A stretch of DNA of 56,778 nucleotides from a virus (lineage: Duplodnaviria; Heunggongvirae; Uroviricota; Caudoviricetes), in IMG/VR virus record IMGVR_UViG_3300021431_003088; one strand, 5' to 3'. The position numbers and the translations under genes are program-made. The notes below the pieces were generated by a model. That model ran no database searches, was not told the DNA's origin, and worked only from the letters and a program-made list of their open reading frames with translations. Shown piece by piece: positions 19,776-29,565 of the stretch; positions within the stretch are counted from its first letter, which is position 1; the number at the start of each line of letters is the position of its first letter.

Positions 19776-20912
19776 ATGGAATTTACAAAAACTGCTAAAA
19801 TCCAAATATATCCAAGTGAAATAGATAAGGCACTACTTATTGATACTATGAAATCATATGCTAATGCCTGTACTTTTGTGTCTAACTATATCTTTTCATC
19901 TAAGGATTTATCCCAAGCCTCTGTTCAGAAACATACATACGCTGATATAAGAAAAATGTATAATTTGCCTTCTCAGATGGCTTGTAATGTTGTTCGTACC
20001 GTTATAGGTTCTTATAAAACCAATAAAACAAACGGTTATGAATGGACTTTTTGTAAATACAATATTCCACAAGTTACTTTATCTTGGAATAGGGACTATT
20101 CTCTTACGCAAGATAAGTTTTCTATCGGTACGCTTAATGGTCGTATTAAATGTGACTATGCAATAAAGGGTATGGAAAAGTATTTTGATAAATCCATATA
20201 TACCTTTGGTGCTGCAAAAATTGTTTATAAGCACGACAAATTTTTCTTACATATATCAATCAAATATGATATTGATGCGCTTGAAGATACTGATGTTACT
20301 AATATCGTAGGTCACGATAGAGGTATTCGATTTTTAGTATCTTCTTATGATAGTAACGGCAAGACCACTTTTTATAGCGGTAACACCGTTAAGCAAAAAC
20401 GTGCTCATTATAAAACCTTAAGGAAAGAGTTACAACAAGTAAGGACTTCATCTTCCAGAAAACGTCTTAAAGCCATAGGTAAACGAGAAAACCGTTGGAT
20501 GCAGGATATAAACCACTGCATAGCTAAGGCACTCGTTGAAAATAATCCAGATGGCACTTTACACGTTTTAGAAGACTTGTCCAGCATACGTTCTGCGACT
20601 GAAAAGGTTCGTGTTAAGGATAAATATGTATCTGTTTCTTGGGCTTATTTTGACCTAGAAGAAAAACTTAAGTATAAAGCTCTTGAAAACAACCAAAAGG
20701 TTATTACTGTAAATCCTAAATACACTAGCCAAACTTGTCCTAAATGCGGTCATATTGAAAGCACCAACAGAAACAAAAGTAAACATATCTTTTGTTGTAA
20801 AAACTGTGGCTACACATCTAATGACGACCGCATAGGAGCTATGAACCTCTACCGTATGGGAATTGAGTACCTAGTAGAGTCACAAGTTAGTACATCTAAT
20901 TTGTGCAGGTAA
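19776..20912 (+). CDS. tnpB: RNA-guided endonuclease TnpB
   Basis: RuvC residues VGHDRG / LEDL / NDDRIGAMNL and zinc ribbon CPKCG...CKNCG are all present. Confidence 0.95.
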   Translation: MEFTKTAKIQIYPSEIDKALLIDTMKSYANACTFVSNYIFSSKDLSQASVQKHTYADIRKMYNLPSQMACNVVRTVIGSYKTNKTNGYEWTFCKYNIPQVTLSWNRDYSLTQDKFSIGTLNGRIKCDYAIKGMEKYFDKSIYTFGAAKIVYKHDKFFLHISIKYDIDALEDTDVTNIVGHDRGIRFLVSSYDSNGKTTFYSGNTVKQKRAHYKTLRKELQQVRTSSSRKRLKAIGKRENRWMQDINHCIAKALVENNPDGTLHVLEDLSSIRSATEKVRVKDKYVSVSWAYFDLEEKLKYKALENNQKVITVNPKYTSQTCPKCGHIESTNRNKSKHIFCCKNCGYTSNDDRIGAMNLYRMGIEYLVESQVSTSNLCR

Positions 20913-21025
20913 TTGTCAGCTTGCCTTTGATGCAACGTCACGGAAGTTACACCGATAAAATGTAGGAGCCTTTGGCGAACTACAGGACAGTTGCAAGCTC
21001 GGTAATTTATTGCCGAGTAGTTGAC
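20880..21025 (+). ncRNA. Predicted TnpB omegaRNA scaffold (right-end RNA); guide continues into 21026 onward
   Basis: Position between the tnpB 3' end and the IS right end, per established TnpB architecture; the 5' boundary is a guess. Confidence 0.6.
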
Positions 21026-21041
21026 AAGTTAGTTCTTTCAT
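21026..21041 (-). pseudogene. 5' stub of the interrupted rpn gene (ATG AAA GAA CTA ACT T)
   Basis: RBS GAAAGGAG upstream; in frame with 19671 after IS removal. Confidence 0.85.
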
Positions 21042-21153
21042 ACTTTTTCTCCTTTCTCTAATTATTATATTTATATAAAACTAGAGAAAGCTTAGTAGCA
21101 ATCCCTAGATAATTAAAGTTAAATAGGGATTACCCTCGTTTATCTCCTTTAGC

Positions 21154-21183
21154 TAATCCATATTATATATTAAATATGGATTA
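21154..21183. other. Perfect 11-8-11 inverted repeat (recombinase site or operator)
   Basis: TAATCCATATT-ATATATTA-AATATGGATTA. Confidence 0.5.
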
Positions 21184-21363
21184 TAAAGAAGAAGTAATAA
21201 GTGTTAAACACTTATGAAAAACTACAAGACAATAAATTGTTCTTATCGACTTGCCTTTCCTTGTACTATTATTCACTTATATTATACTATCATTATGAGA
21301 ATTATTCAATGCCACAGCCCAATAATAAAGAGGCTGCTCACTGTTGCAAACAGCCCCTCTCTT

Positions 21364-24300
21364 TTAAGCCTGCGGATTTGATGCTTGTGCTATCTTATCT
21401 CTCAGTCTCTCTATTCTCGCTTGGTCTTTCTTCTTCCTTAGTTGATTCAATTCTTTATCGTTCCACTTGAACTCAAAACCTAGAATAGTGATTGATGAGT
21501 CTTCATCATTTCCGTCTATTAGTATATCCATTCTGTTTTGTGTTTCGTATTCGCTTGTACCAAAGATTGCATGATAATTCTTTAATGCGTCAGGCTCAAA
21601 GGCATTTCCTATGCCGTGTTCGTCAACATATGCACTTATTCTTTCTCTATCTTCCTTAGTGTAAGTATACGACTTTATTGGTGTGTCATTTTCCATGTTA
21701 TCAAAGCCTGTTAACATTACTTGTACATACTCTGGATTGTTGTACCACAAGCTGTCTTTCATGCATCCACCATTTTTTGGATCGTGTGTATCATATGCTT
21801 GTCTACAGATACTTCTTATGTGTGCTGTATGCTCTGGATCAGATATTTCTAGTGGTGTGTCGCTATTTCTCCATACTTCTGCATACGCTCTTGTTGTGTT
21901 TCCTGCACTATCTGTTACCTCATACGTTACTGTTGTTGCAGCTGTTGTGTTTAGGGCATTTAACGTCTTTACTACATCATCAAAGTTAAGGATTTTTACT
22001 TTCTTTGTAATGTCACCATCTTCCCTATCTGTAGCCGTTAATTTCTTCAGCAAGTCTTCTTCGGTTATGTTATTGAATTGTCTTTCGGTAAATACTAATT
22101 CTTTTGCGTTAATTTCTGGATATTCATCCCAAGTTGCATACATATTTACTATTCCGTTGTTATCAAACTCTTCATTCCACTTAACAAGTTTTCCACTATT
22201 ATAGTATTTGCTTCTGTCTTTTATCTCATTAACTATACTCTTTAATGTCTTATTATTTGGTTTTGTTTGATAACCCTTATCCAGCACTGCATTAAAGTCT
22301 GATACTATGTCTATGAATGGTAGAGTTCCACCGTACAGTATTTCCTCTGCTGTATGGTCTGCATAGTCTACTACTGACCATCCTTGGAACGAGTACATTT
22401 TTGTTTTCTTTCCAAGATTATTTGTTATATCGCCTTTATTTACCTTATAGTATGCATTATCGACTATATCGTTTGTTCCTTTCTTGTCTACTACGATATA
22501 TTTTTCTTCTTCCTGCAAAGTACCAAATGTACTTCCGCTTTGCAAATCGTAGTCACTATATATGCTTGTACTATTTTCATCTGTTACAGTACCAAACTTA
22601 TTACCATTTTCATCTACTGCTCCGTTAGGGTTGTAGGTTACTTTGGCTTTTCCTCTTCTATAGATAGCATAGTATGGTTTATTCTTTGTAAGCCATTCTG
22701 TTCTAATCTCTTTATAGATTGTGTCAGAGCCATCAGCTTTTTCACACCAGCCCATAAATTCATACTCGCCTGTGCCTTCTGCGGATAGGTCGGTTTCTTC
22801 ATATGGTTCCCAGCTTGTAACTTTTACGACTTTTGATGTGTCAGCTAAACCAATTTCATTTACAGGCTCTAGCCAATAGAAGAAATTATCACTTGGGTTA
22901 TAACTAAAGATGCTTTGTACATCATCTCTCTTTCCATTATAGTTTACTTTATATATTCCCGATAACACCATTTTGCTATCATCTACATATGGCATTCTAC
23001 TACCTGTTCTTACAACTCCTGAACTTTTTTCGCCAGAGAAGCCTGCTCCGTCGCTATCTTTTACAGGTTGTGCAAATGCAAGTTTAAATTTAGACTCATT
23101 TGCATTTGCTAGTGCTGTACTATTGGCTGTAACTAGCACTCTTCCGACTGTTCTATCGTCTGTAGCTGTTGTAAGAGGAATAGGATTAGCAGTGCTTAAA
23201 TTACTTATTATATTTATAACTTTTCCACTCTTTAAGTATACAGAATTACTTGGGCGTATTTCTGCTTTTGCGCCTACATTATAAGTACCATTCTGCAACA
23301 CTCCACCATTAGCTCCTTCTGGTGTGGAACCTTTATTAGAATATATTGAGCCACCTGTTTGTGTTACTGTTCCTGAATTATCTATTCCAAAACCTGCATT
23401 ACTACTTATGCTTCCGCCTTTTATGTTTAGTGTTGCACTGTTATCTATGCCGGTGGGGTTAGAGTAAACACTTCCACCATTCACATTAACCCTTCCTTTT
23501 CCTACATTGATACCGCATACTACAGGATTCGAATAAATGTTTCCTGAATTGAGGTTAGTTGTAGATGTTGGTTTTGATTCATTAGCATCATGATTTATAC
23601 CTACCCAGTTAGAATATATATTTGAACCATTAACATTTACTGTTCCATTAGTACATGTGTTTGAAACACCAACTATATTGTTATATATGCTAGTATTATT
23701 TATTGTCACTGCTTGGTTTTCGCCGTCAAGCCTAAAACCTGTCACATTATCGTGTATAAGTGCAGAGTTTGTACTATTTATTGTTAGTGTTCCACCATTT
23801 TTATAAATGCCTATATTACTATTTCTATATTGTCCACCACTTAAAGAAACACTACCACCTTCTACCCACAAAGCAATAGCAGCATCAAAGAAATCGCCAC
23901 CTGTTATAGAAATTGTACCACCTTCACATCTAACGGCAGATTGTAAAAAACTCTTACAGTTATTTGTTGAAAATCTATTGCCATGATTTTGAATATATAC
24001 TATTCCACTTCTTTGATGAAGTCCAAAACTATTTCCGTGTATATAATTTGAACCATTTAATCTCACTGGATGACCTGCTTCATTTTTCAAACCAGTATCT
24101 CTTCCGTCAATATCTGAATTATTAATTTTTAATTCATTCCATGCTGCTACATTTGATACAGCTACTCCACCCCATATGTGACTATTATCTATAGTTATCG
24201 CACCAAATGTATTGTTATTAACACCGTATGTGTCTCCTGATACTTCGCTATTATTATTTATAGTACAGTTCTTCGACCATGTTGTATTAGTGATTCCACC

Positions 24301-26385
24301 AGTCCATAAACCATTGTCATTATATATGCCACTATTATTAACCGTTAATGTGTTATTATTAGTTATAGCATTAGTTGTATGTCCTCCAAGTGAAATGTCT
24401 GGAGTAACTAGAGAATCGACTAAGTTCATAGTACCATTATTAGATATAATAGTATCGTTATTATGAACACAAACAAAATGACAATTATATGATTCAAGTA
24501 TTCCGTTGTTTTCAATGGCTGGTCTTCCGAGTCCTCTATATCTTGCATTAACTTCTCCGCCTTCTAAAATCAACCTTGAACCACCGTTAATAGTAATCGC
24601 AGCCCCTATCGCATCATCTTGTTCTAAACCTATAGGTGAGTATGAAAGACCACCAATTTCTTGTCCGATTACCTTTTGACCGTTTACAGTTAAATTGCCA
24701 GAAAAACCCACTCCGCCGACAACCCATATAGCCATTGGATTTGCATCTGATAAACTTAAAGCCAAATCAAGTGGTGCCCAATCATTGTTATCAGCCCATA
24801 TTATTTTACATGGGAAACCGCAATTTTGATAATAATTTGCAAAGGCAAAGTAGTTTCCCCATCTCGTATGAAGTGACAGTGCCGTATTTGCATCTTTGTT
24901 TATTTCTATCTCCTCATCTAAATTCTCACTACTTTCCTCTATAGGTAATACCTCTTTTACTTCCTCTACCTTTTTAAAATGGATATTCTCTTTTGTTAAA
25001 TAGCCTTTACCAAATGTAGTATCTTCAAGCTTAATTGCTGACTCTGATAAAGATGTATCTATGTCTACAATAGAAAGATTATTATTATCTTCATTATCAT
25101 CAGAAAGTGCCATTTGTTTAAGCATTGCTATATAAGAAGATACATACGCAGAGCTTACTGATGTACCGTCTACTTTAGTGACTACTTTTCTATCATCTAT
25201 ATTTCTTGCATATTCATAATGTCCGCTTGTTGTATAGTCTGCCTCATTTCCATAGTTTGAATACACAGCTTTTACTATCTTATCTTCGTTTTTATCTGCA
25301 CTTGTAATAGTAAATGCTGAATCTATATTTGCAGGTGTATATTCTGTTATGTCCTTGTTATCATTACCTGCACTAACTACTACAGGAATATTGTTATTGT
25401 ATGCTTCATTTATTGCTGCCTCTAATAACTTACTATGTCCGATTCCAGACATTGATAAGTTAATCACGAAATCAAGGCTAGGGTTTTCTTTCTTCTTTTC
25501 GATTACATACTTGATACCTTTGTATGCTGAAAGAGTAGTACCCTTACCCTCATCATTTAAGACTTTAATAGGTAAGATTTTTACATTACCCTCTGTTGTA
25601 TCTAATACTATTCTTGACATTGTAGTTCCGTGTCCGTCTAGGTCTTTAACATCAGACTGCTCACTTACAAAGTTCTTACCCTCAATAACCTTATTATCAA
25701 AGATAGCTTCATCATTATTTAGTCCTGTATCTAGAACTGCTACTACAATAGTTTTTTCATTTTTCTGTGTATCTTCAATAACTACATCTTCAACTGATTT
25801 AGTAGGTCTAACTTCTTCTGCAAGTGCGATATCCTTACTCTCAATATCATTTCCTTTATCATCTTTAATCTCAACTCCTTCGGGTGCATCCTGTACTACA
25901 TCAATTTCAACATCGAGTCCTAAAGCTGTTAGAACATTATATGCTTTTTCTGTAGCATATACGCTTCTATATGTTACAAAATACTTATCCTCATACTTTT
26001 GTACTGATACAATATTATCAACACCAAGACTCTCTTCCTTAAACTCTAAGTCTGTTGGATTAGTAATAATCAATCTACAAGACTTGAATATAGAGTCAGA
26101 AGTATCATTGATAGTATCCTTACTATCTATTTCTTCTATGCTGTTTGCATTAAGAACAGGCTCTGCCGATACCTCTGGTAGTGCCTCTTCTATCTTTTCT
26201 GCTACTGTTGTATATTCAGTAGGATTTTCTGTTTGCGTAACTATTGTATTACCCTCTGCATTAGTAGTCTTTTCTACATTAGGCAACTCTGTTGCATTTA
26301 CTACAATGCCTGTAGTAAACATTGTTGCAATAGCTATAGTTACCGCAAGAGTGCTTGATAAGATTTTCTTTAATTTGTTGTTCAT
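21364..26385 (-). CDS. Giant secreted S8 subtilase / beta-helix / Ig-like surface protein (1673 aa)
   Basis: Start ATG 26385 (RBS GGAGGT); signal peptide; S8 motifs VLDTG, HGT, SAGND, DGTS; Asn/Gly-rich beta-helix repeats; C-terminal 'TATDREDGDIT' Ig-like module. Confidence 0.9.
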   Translation of the reverse strand: MNNKLKKILSSTLAVTIAIATMFTTGIVVNATELPNVEKTTNAEGNTIVTQTENPTEYTTVAEKIEEALPEVSAEPVLNANSIEEIDSKDTINDTSDSIFKSCRLIITNPTDLEFKEESLGVDNIVSVQKYEDKYFVTYRSVYATEKAYNVLTALGLDVEIDVVQDAPEGVEIKDDKGNDIESKDIALAEEVRPTKSVEDVVIEDTQKNEKTIVVAVLDTGLNNDEAIFDNKVIEGKNFVSEQSDVKDLDGHGTTMSRIVLDTTEGNVKILPIKVLNDEGKGTTLSAYKGIKYVIEKKKENPSLDFVINLSMSGIGHSKLLEAAINEAYNNNIPVVVSAGNDNKDITEYTPANIDSAFTITSADKNEDKIVKAVYSNYGNEADYTTSGHYEYARNIDDRKVVTKVDGTSVSSAYVSSYIAMLKQMALSDDNEDNNNLSIVDIDTSLSESAIKLEDTTFGKGYLTKENIHFKKVEEVKEVLPIEESSENLDEEIEINKDANTALSLHTRWGNYFAFANYYQNCGFPCKIIWADNNDWAPLDLALSLSDANPMAIWVVGGVGFSGNLTVNGQKVIGQEIGGLSYSPIGLEQDDAIGAAITINGGSRLILEGGEVNARYRGLGRPAIENNGILESYNCHFVCVHNNDTIISNNGTMNLVDSLVTPDISLGGHTTNAITNNNTLTVNNSGIYNDNGLWTGGITNTTWSKNCTINNNSEVSGDTYGVNNNTFGAITIDNSHIWGGVAVSNVAAWNELKINNSDIDGRDTGLKNEAGHPVRLNGSNYIHGNSFGLHQRSGIVYIQNHGNRFSTNNCKSFLQSAVRCEGGTISITGGDFFDAAIALWVEGGSVSLSGGQYRNSNIGIYKNGGTLTINSTNSALIHDNVTGFRLDGENQAVTINNTSIYNNIVGVSNTCTNGTVNVNGSNIYSNWVGINHDANESKPTSTTNLNSGNIYSNPVVCGINVGKGRVNVNGGSVYSNPTGIDNSATLNIKGGSISSNAGFGIDNSGTVTQTGGSIYSNKGSTPEGANGGVLQNGTYNVGAKAEIRPSNSVYLKSGKVINIISNLSTANPIPLTTATDDRTVGRVLVTANSTALANANESKFKLAFAQPVKDSDGAGFSGEKSSGVVRTGSRMPYVDDSKMVLSGIYKVNYNGKRDDVQSIFSYNPSDNFFYWLEPVNEIGLADTSKVVKVTSWEPYEETDLSAEGTGEYEFMGWCEKADGSDTIYKEIRTEWLTKNKPYYAIYRRGKAKVTYNPNGAVDENGNKFGTVTDENSTSIYSDYDLQSGSTFGTLQEEEKYIVVDKKGTNDIVDNAYYKVNKGDITNNLGKKTKMYSFQGWSVVDYADHTAEEILYGGTLPFIDIVSDFNAVLDKGYQTKPNNKTLKSIVNEIKDRSKYYNSGKLVKWNEEFDNNGIVNMYATWDEYPEINAKELVFTERQFNNITEEDLLKKLTATDREDGDITKKVKILNFDDVVKTLNALNTTAATTVTYEVTDSAGNTTRAYAEVWRNSDTPLEISDPEHTAHIRSICRQAYDTHDPKNGGCMKDSLWYNNPEYVQVMLTGFDNMENDTPIKSYTYTKEDRERISAYVDEHGIGNAFEPDALKNYHAIFGTSEYETQNRMDILIDGNDEDSSITILGFEFKWNDKELNQLRKKKDQARIERLRDKIAQASNPQA

Positions 26386-26446
26386 GAGATACCTCCATAT
26401 TTTTCTGCAAATAGTAAAATCTATTAAAAAAACATTTTCTACTTTA

Positions 26447-26471
26447 TATATAAGTGTAGTGCGAAGTTTGG
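26447..26471 (-). promoter_or_regulatory. Full conserved promoter motif (S8 protein)
   Basis: CCAAACTTCGCACTACACTTATATA. Confidence 0.75.
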
Positions 26472-26601
26472 AAGAAAAAATGTAATTAAAAAAGGAAACC
26501 AATCGAACAATTAGTTTCCTTTACTAATACTTTATTAATTTTGCGTTTGCAAACATATTGTGCTTATTGTAACAATCTTTGCAGTTGCAAATATTTTTTG
26601 C

Positions 26602-27474
26602 TTATCGTGTTGCTCCACATATACTACAATGACTTCCGGTATATACTTGCTCGTCACTAGCAGGTTCCATTAAGTCGTGATGATGTGTGGTACCAACTTG
26701 TACATTTTCTGAGTATTGATGGGTATATGTTACTTCTCCCGGATGTGCTGTATGGCAATGAATATTCATTTGTTTTTCTCCCTCTGATGATAATGGATAC
26801 ATTGTACCGCATTTATCACACACTTCATATGATTTCCTCTCATAAATAGGCTCATCCCAATCATCATATACTGCATCATGGTGTACTGTCTTATAATCGT
26901 CTACCCAGTTATGATTACAGCCTTGACTTACTGGTGCGCTGTAACCTGGTGTTGGGTTTGTTGGTGCTACATAGTTATTGCTTGGTGCTGGGCTTGGTGT
27001 GGATGCTGTGTAGCTTACATCATTATTTGGCATACTTGCTACATAGGTCTGTGTTTGTGTCTGAGCATTATTTACATTGTTTGCTAAGTCACCGCTTGCC
27101 TGCATACTACCACTTGCTAGTGCTACGCCACCATCTTTTGTTAATGTAGTCTTACCACTTTGGTCTTTCTTTGCTACTACAGTACCGTTCTTGTCCTTAA
27201 TTACTGTTGTACCATCAGCCTGCACTTCCTCTGTTACATCTTGAAGATCAGCAGGATTGATTTCCTGTCCTTCTAGTGAGGCTGCTGTCATATCTGTAGT
27301 ATTAACTGTTGCTACTGATTCTGTTTTAGTATCGTTATCCTTATCATTATTAACTGCATGAATTATTCCTACAGTCGTACCACCAATAGCTCCTACGCCT
27401 ACTACTGATGCTGTAATGATACTTGCTAATTTATGTGTTCCTATAAATCCTTTTATTACGTTTAATATATTCAT
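26602..27474 (-). CDS. Membrane-anchored exported protein with Thr/Pro-rich linker and C-terminal Cys/His domain
   Basis: ATG 27474 (RBS GAGGAGG); N-terminal TM; 'CNHNWVDDYKTVHHDAVY...CDKCG...HCHTAH...CSICGATR'; TTGACA-17-TAATAT promoter at 27546-27518. Confidence 0.8.
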   Translation of the reverse strand: MNILNVIKGFIGTHKLASIITASVVGVGAIGGTTVGIIHAVNNDKDNDTKTESVATVNTTDMTAASLEGQEINPADLQDVTEEVQADGTTVIKDKNGTVVAKKDQSGKTTLTKDGGVALASGSMQASGDLANNVNNAQTQTQTYVASMPNNDVSYTASTPSPAPSNNYVAPTNPTPGYSAPVSQGCNHNWVDDYKTVHHDAVYDDWDEPIYERKSYEVCDKCGTMYPLSSEGEKQMNIHCHTAHPGEVTYTHQYSENVQVGTTHHHDLMEPASDEQVYTGSHCSICGATR

Positions 27475-27703
27475 AACATTTGTTTCCTCCTCGCTTGTAT
27501 CCCTAAAATAATACCTTATATTATCAACTTTTTTACCCATTGTCAATGAATTTACTTCCGCCAAGGTTCTTTCCGTTTGCAAACTTTTTTATTATTTTTG
27601 CTTTCTATATATGATTATAGTACCTTTATTGAAAAAATACATATATTTTTTTTGAAAAATATTGAGTGAGAAGTCTCGGTTGCTTGTCTCCGAGATGAAA
27701 GTG

Positions 27704-28600
27704 TCAAATAGGCTTCATAAGTTCACTGGCTATTTCTAGCATTTTTCTATTTCTATACAGGTTCTTCTTTGAGTTAGATAATTTTCTAAATGAGTAAGGC
27801 GCTACTTCTATTTCATCCTCAAATAATGTGTTATAAGTCGTGTTTTTATCCTCGCTTTCGATTGGCTCTCCAACATTATAGTGGATATAGTTATGTAATG
27901 TTGTATTATTATCTACTCTGAAACGGACATTTATTACTACAAAATCTAGATTCACATATTCGTTTTTACTTCTTGTGACTTTAGAATAATCTTTTATATT
28001 GCTTTCTATTAGCGTTATTTCTTTTCTGTTTTGCAAAAATTTGTACAGATTAGAGTTGTTTTTTATTAGCGCTCCATACACCGGTATTCCGCTCATTGCA
28101 TTTAAAAGCATTAATGGAATATTGTCGCAGTCTGCACCGTAAAACATCCAACCTCTATATGCTATATAATCCTTTAATAATATTCTGGCTCTGTTATCTG
28201 AAATATACAAGGGTAGCTCTTTTTTTAATAAATATATTACTTGGTCAAAGTGCTCTCTCATAATATTGTATATTTTTATCTCTTCTTCAGTTTCTTCACC
28301 TCTTTTTACTTCTTTAACATAATCGGCATTCTTTCTATGATACGGACACCATTCATACTTGCTTTCGTCAAAATCATTTATGTCTTCTACATCACCTTTA
28401 TTATGTCTTGCGTGTGGTCTTTGTTTTTTTAAAGGTCTTAATAATCCAAGTAACTTTACAGGATTTTCACAATTAGGACAATATGCGTACCATTCTCCCT
28501 TTTGTGCATACGGATATTTTTTACGAGTGTGCTTTGTAAACTCTTCTTTATTTACAGGATAAGTCGGCCCAAAACCTTTATGAAACTTAATTTCTGTCAT
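27704..28600 (-). CDS. Hypothetical protein with N-terminal CxxC zinc-finger-like motif
   Basis: 'YAYCPNCENPVKLLG...HARH...CPYH'; AT-rich; RBS AAGGAG. Confidence 0.7.
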   Translation of the reverse strand: MTEIKFHKGFGPTYPVNKEEFTKHTRKKYPYAQKGEWYAYCPNCENPVKLLGLLRPLKKQRPHARHNKGDVEDINDFDESKYEWCPYHRKNADYVKEVKRGEETEEEIKIYNIMREHFDQVIYLLKKELPLYISDNRARILLKDYIAYRGWMFYGADCDNIPLMLLNAMSGIPVYGALIKNNSNLYKFLQNRKEITLIESNIKDYSKVTRSKNEYVNLDFVVINVRFRVDNNTTLHNYIHYNVGEPIESEDKNTTYNTLFEDEIEVAPYSFRKLSNSKKNLYRNRKMLEIASELMKPI

Positions 28601-28625
28601 ACTGTTTCTCCTTTTATGTTGGTTT

Positions 28626-28901
28626 TTACATTATACCACAATCATATAAGGAGTCTGCTTGGTGCCAGAAATAATTTCCTATTTTCGGAATTTCTCCCTG
28701 TTCTTCTGCGAATTTCATACAAATAAGTATATCCCTCATACCTATTAATACTTTTTCGTTATTTATTTCAAATTCAAAATATAATTGCTCTTTTTCGTAA
28801 TTAAACCCTGATTCTGACAAATCTTGTTCGTTTTGATATACGTTACCGTTAAAGTCTATTTGTTTTATATGTTTTTTATTTTCACAATATTCGCATCCCA
28901 T
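28626..28901 (-). CDS. Small hypothetical protein
   Basis: MGCEYCENK..., RBS GAGG. Confidence 0.6.
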   Translation of the reverse strand: MGCEYCENKKHIKQIDFNGNVYQNEQDLSESGFNYEKEQLYFEFEINNEKVLIGMRDILICMKFAEEQGEIPKIGNYFWHQADSLYDCGIM

Positions 28902-28968
28902 ATTTCGCCTCGCTAACATAGCCCCAGCCTTTCGACTAGGGCTATATTTTCAGATTTCTCCTTTCCCT

Positions 28969-29559
28969 CTATACTACCGCTTTCAATGTTATATCTTCTT
29001 TAGCTAGATTCGTGTTTAGATCATATAGAGTGTTATCTGTTACATTCCCTTTCTCGTCACACACTACCCAGCCCTTTACATTCTCTATCTCTGGTGCTTC
29101 AATCTTTGTATCCATTATTACTCTTTGTCTTCTTATTGGATTATTCTTCTCATCTAGGAAGTTTACTATTACATAATCCCTTGTTGGCGAGTCATCAAAA
29201 TACTTGATGGTTGAGTATTCGGCTGTTCTTGTGCTTCCTATTGGTGTTTTATATTCTTCTTCTACCTTTATTGCTATATAGCCCTTCTCATAATCTACAT
29301 TCATTATCTTGACTGTGATGGTTCCGTCGTTCTCGATTGCTTTTCCTAGTCTTTGAGCTACATCATCAGCAAACTCTTCGTTATCATTTACTGTATATGT
29401 CTTTTTTGCCATACAGTTATCTATGGCACTATCTACTGCTAAGGCTAGTGAATCATCTATCTCTACCTGCCTATTCATTATTCCCGTTGCTGTTATAATG
29501 GTTAGGGTTATTAATACTCCCAACACTAATATTATTATTCCATACATTATGTTCTTCAT
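28969..29559 (-). CDS. Tad pseudopilin-like protein (TadE/TadG-like)
   Basis: N-terminal hydrophobic helix then 'EIDDSLALAVDSA'; last gene of the Tad operon. Confidence 0.65.
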   Translation of the reverse strand: MKNIMYGIIILVLGVLITLTIITATGIMNRQVEIDDSLALAVDSAIDNCMAKKTYTVNDNEEFADDVAQRLGKAIENDGTITVKIMNVDYEKGYIAIKVEEEYKTPIGSTRTAEYSTIKYFDDSPTRDYVIVNFLDEKNNPIRRQRVIMDTKIEAPEIENVKGWVVCDEKGNVTDNTLYDLNTNLAKEDITLKAVV

Positions 29560-29565
29560 ATAACA

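Larger units (their letters stand above)
19672..21025 (+). mobile_element. IS200/IS605-family element, tnpB-only (IS1341-like, non-autonomous)
   Basis: Matching subterminal hairpins CTCGGTTATTTATATCCGAG (19690-19709) and CTCGGTAATTTATTGCCGAG (20998-21017); right end ...TAGTTGAC; no target duplication; removal restores rpn. Confidence 0.9.

Noticed and set aside
19672-21025. IStron (group I intron-IS hybrid) rescuing rpn by splicing
   Set aside because: The element is antiparallel to rpn and has only about 100 bp before tnpB, leaving no room for a group I core.
22900-24700. Asn/Gly-rich repeats in the S8 gene as a DGR target or shufflon
   Set aside because: No template/variable repeat pair differing at adenines and no sfx-like inverted sites were seen; beta-helix coding explains the periodicity.
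25349-26485. Long plus-strand ORFs antisense to real genes (also 21683-22204, 39371-40114, 12888-13448 and many shorter ones)
   Set aside because: They are shadow frames caused by the strongly purine-biased coding strand; Ser/Leu/Phe-rich and without RBS.
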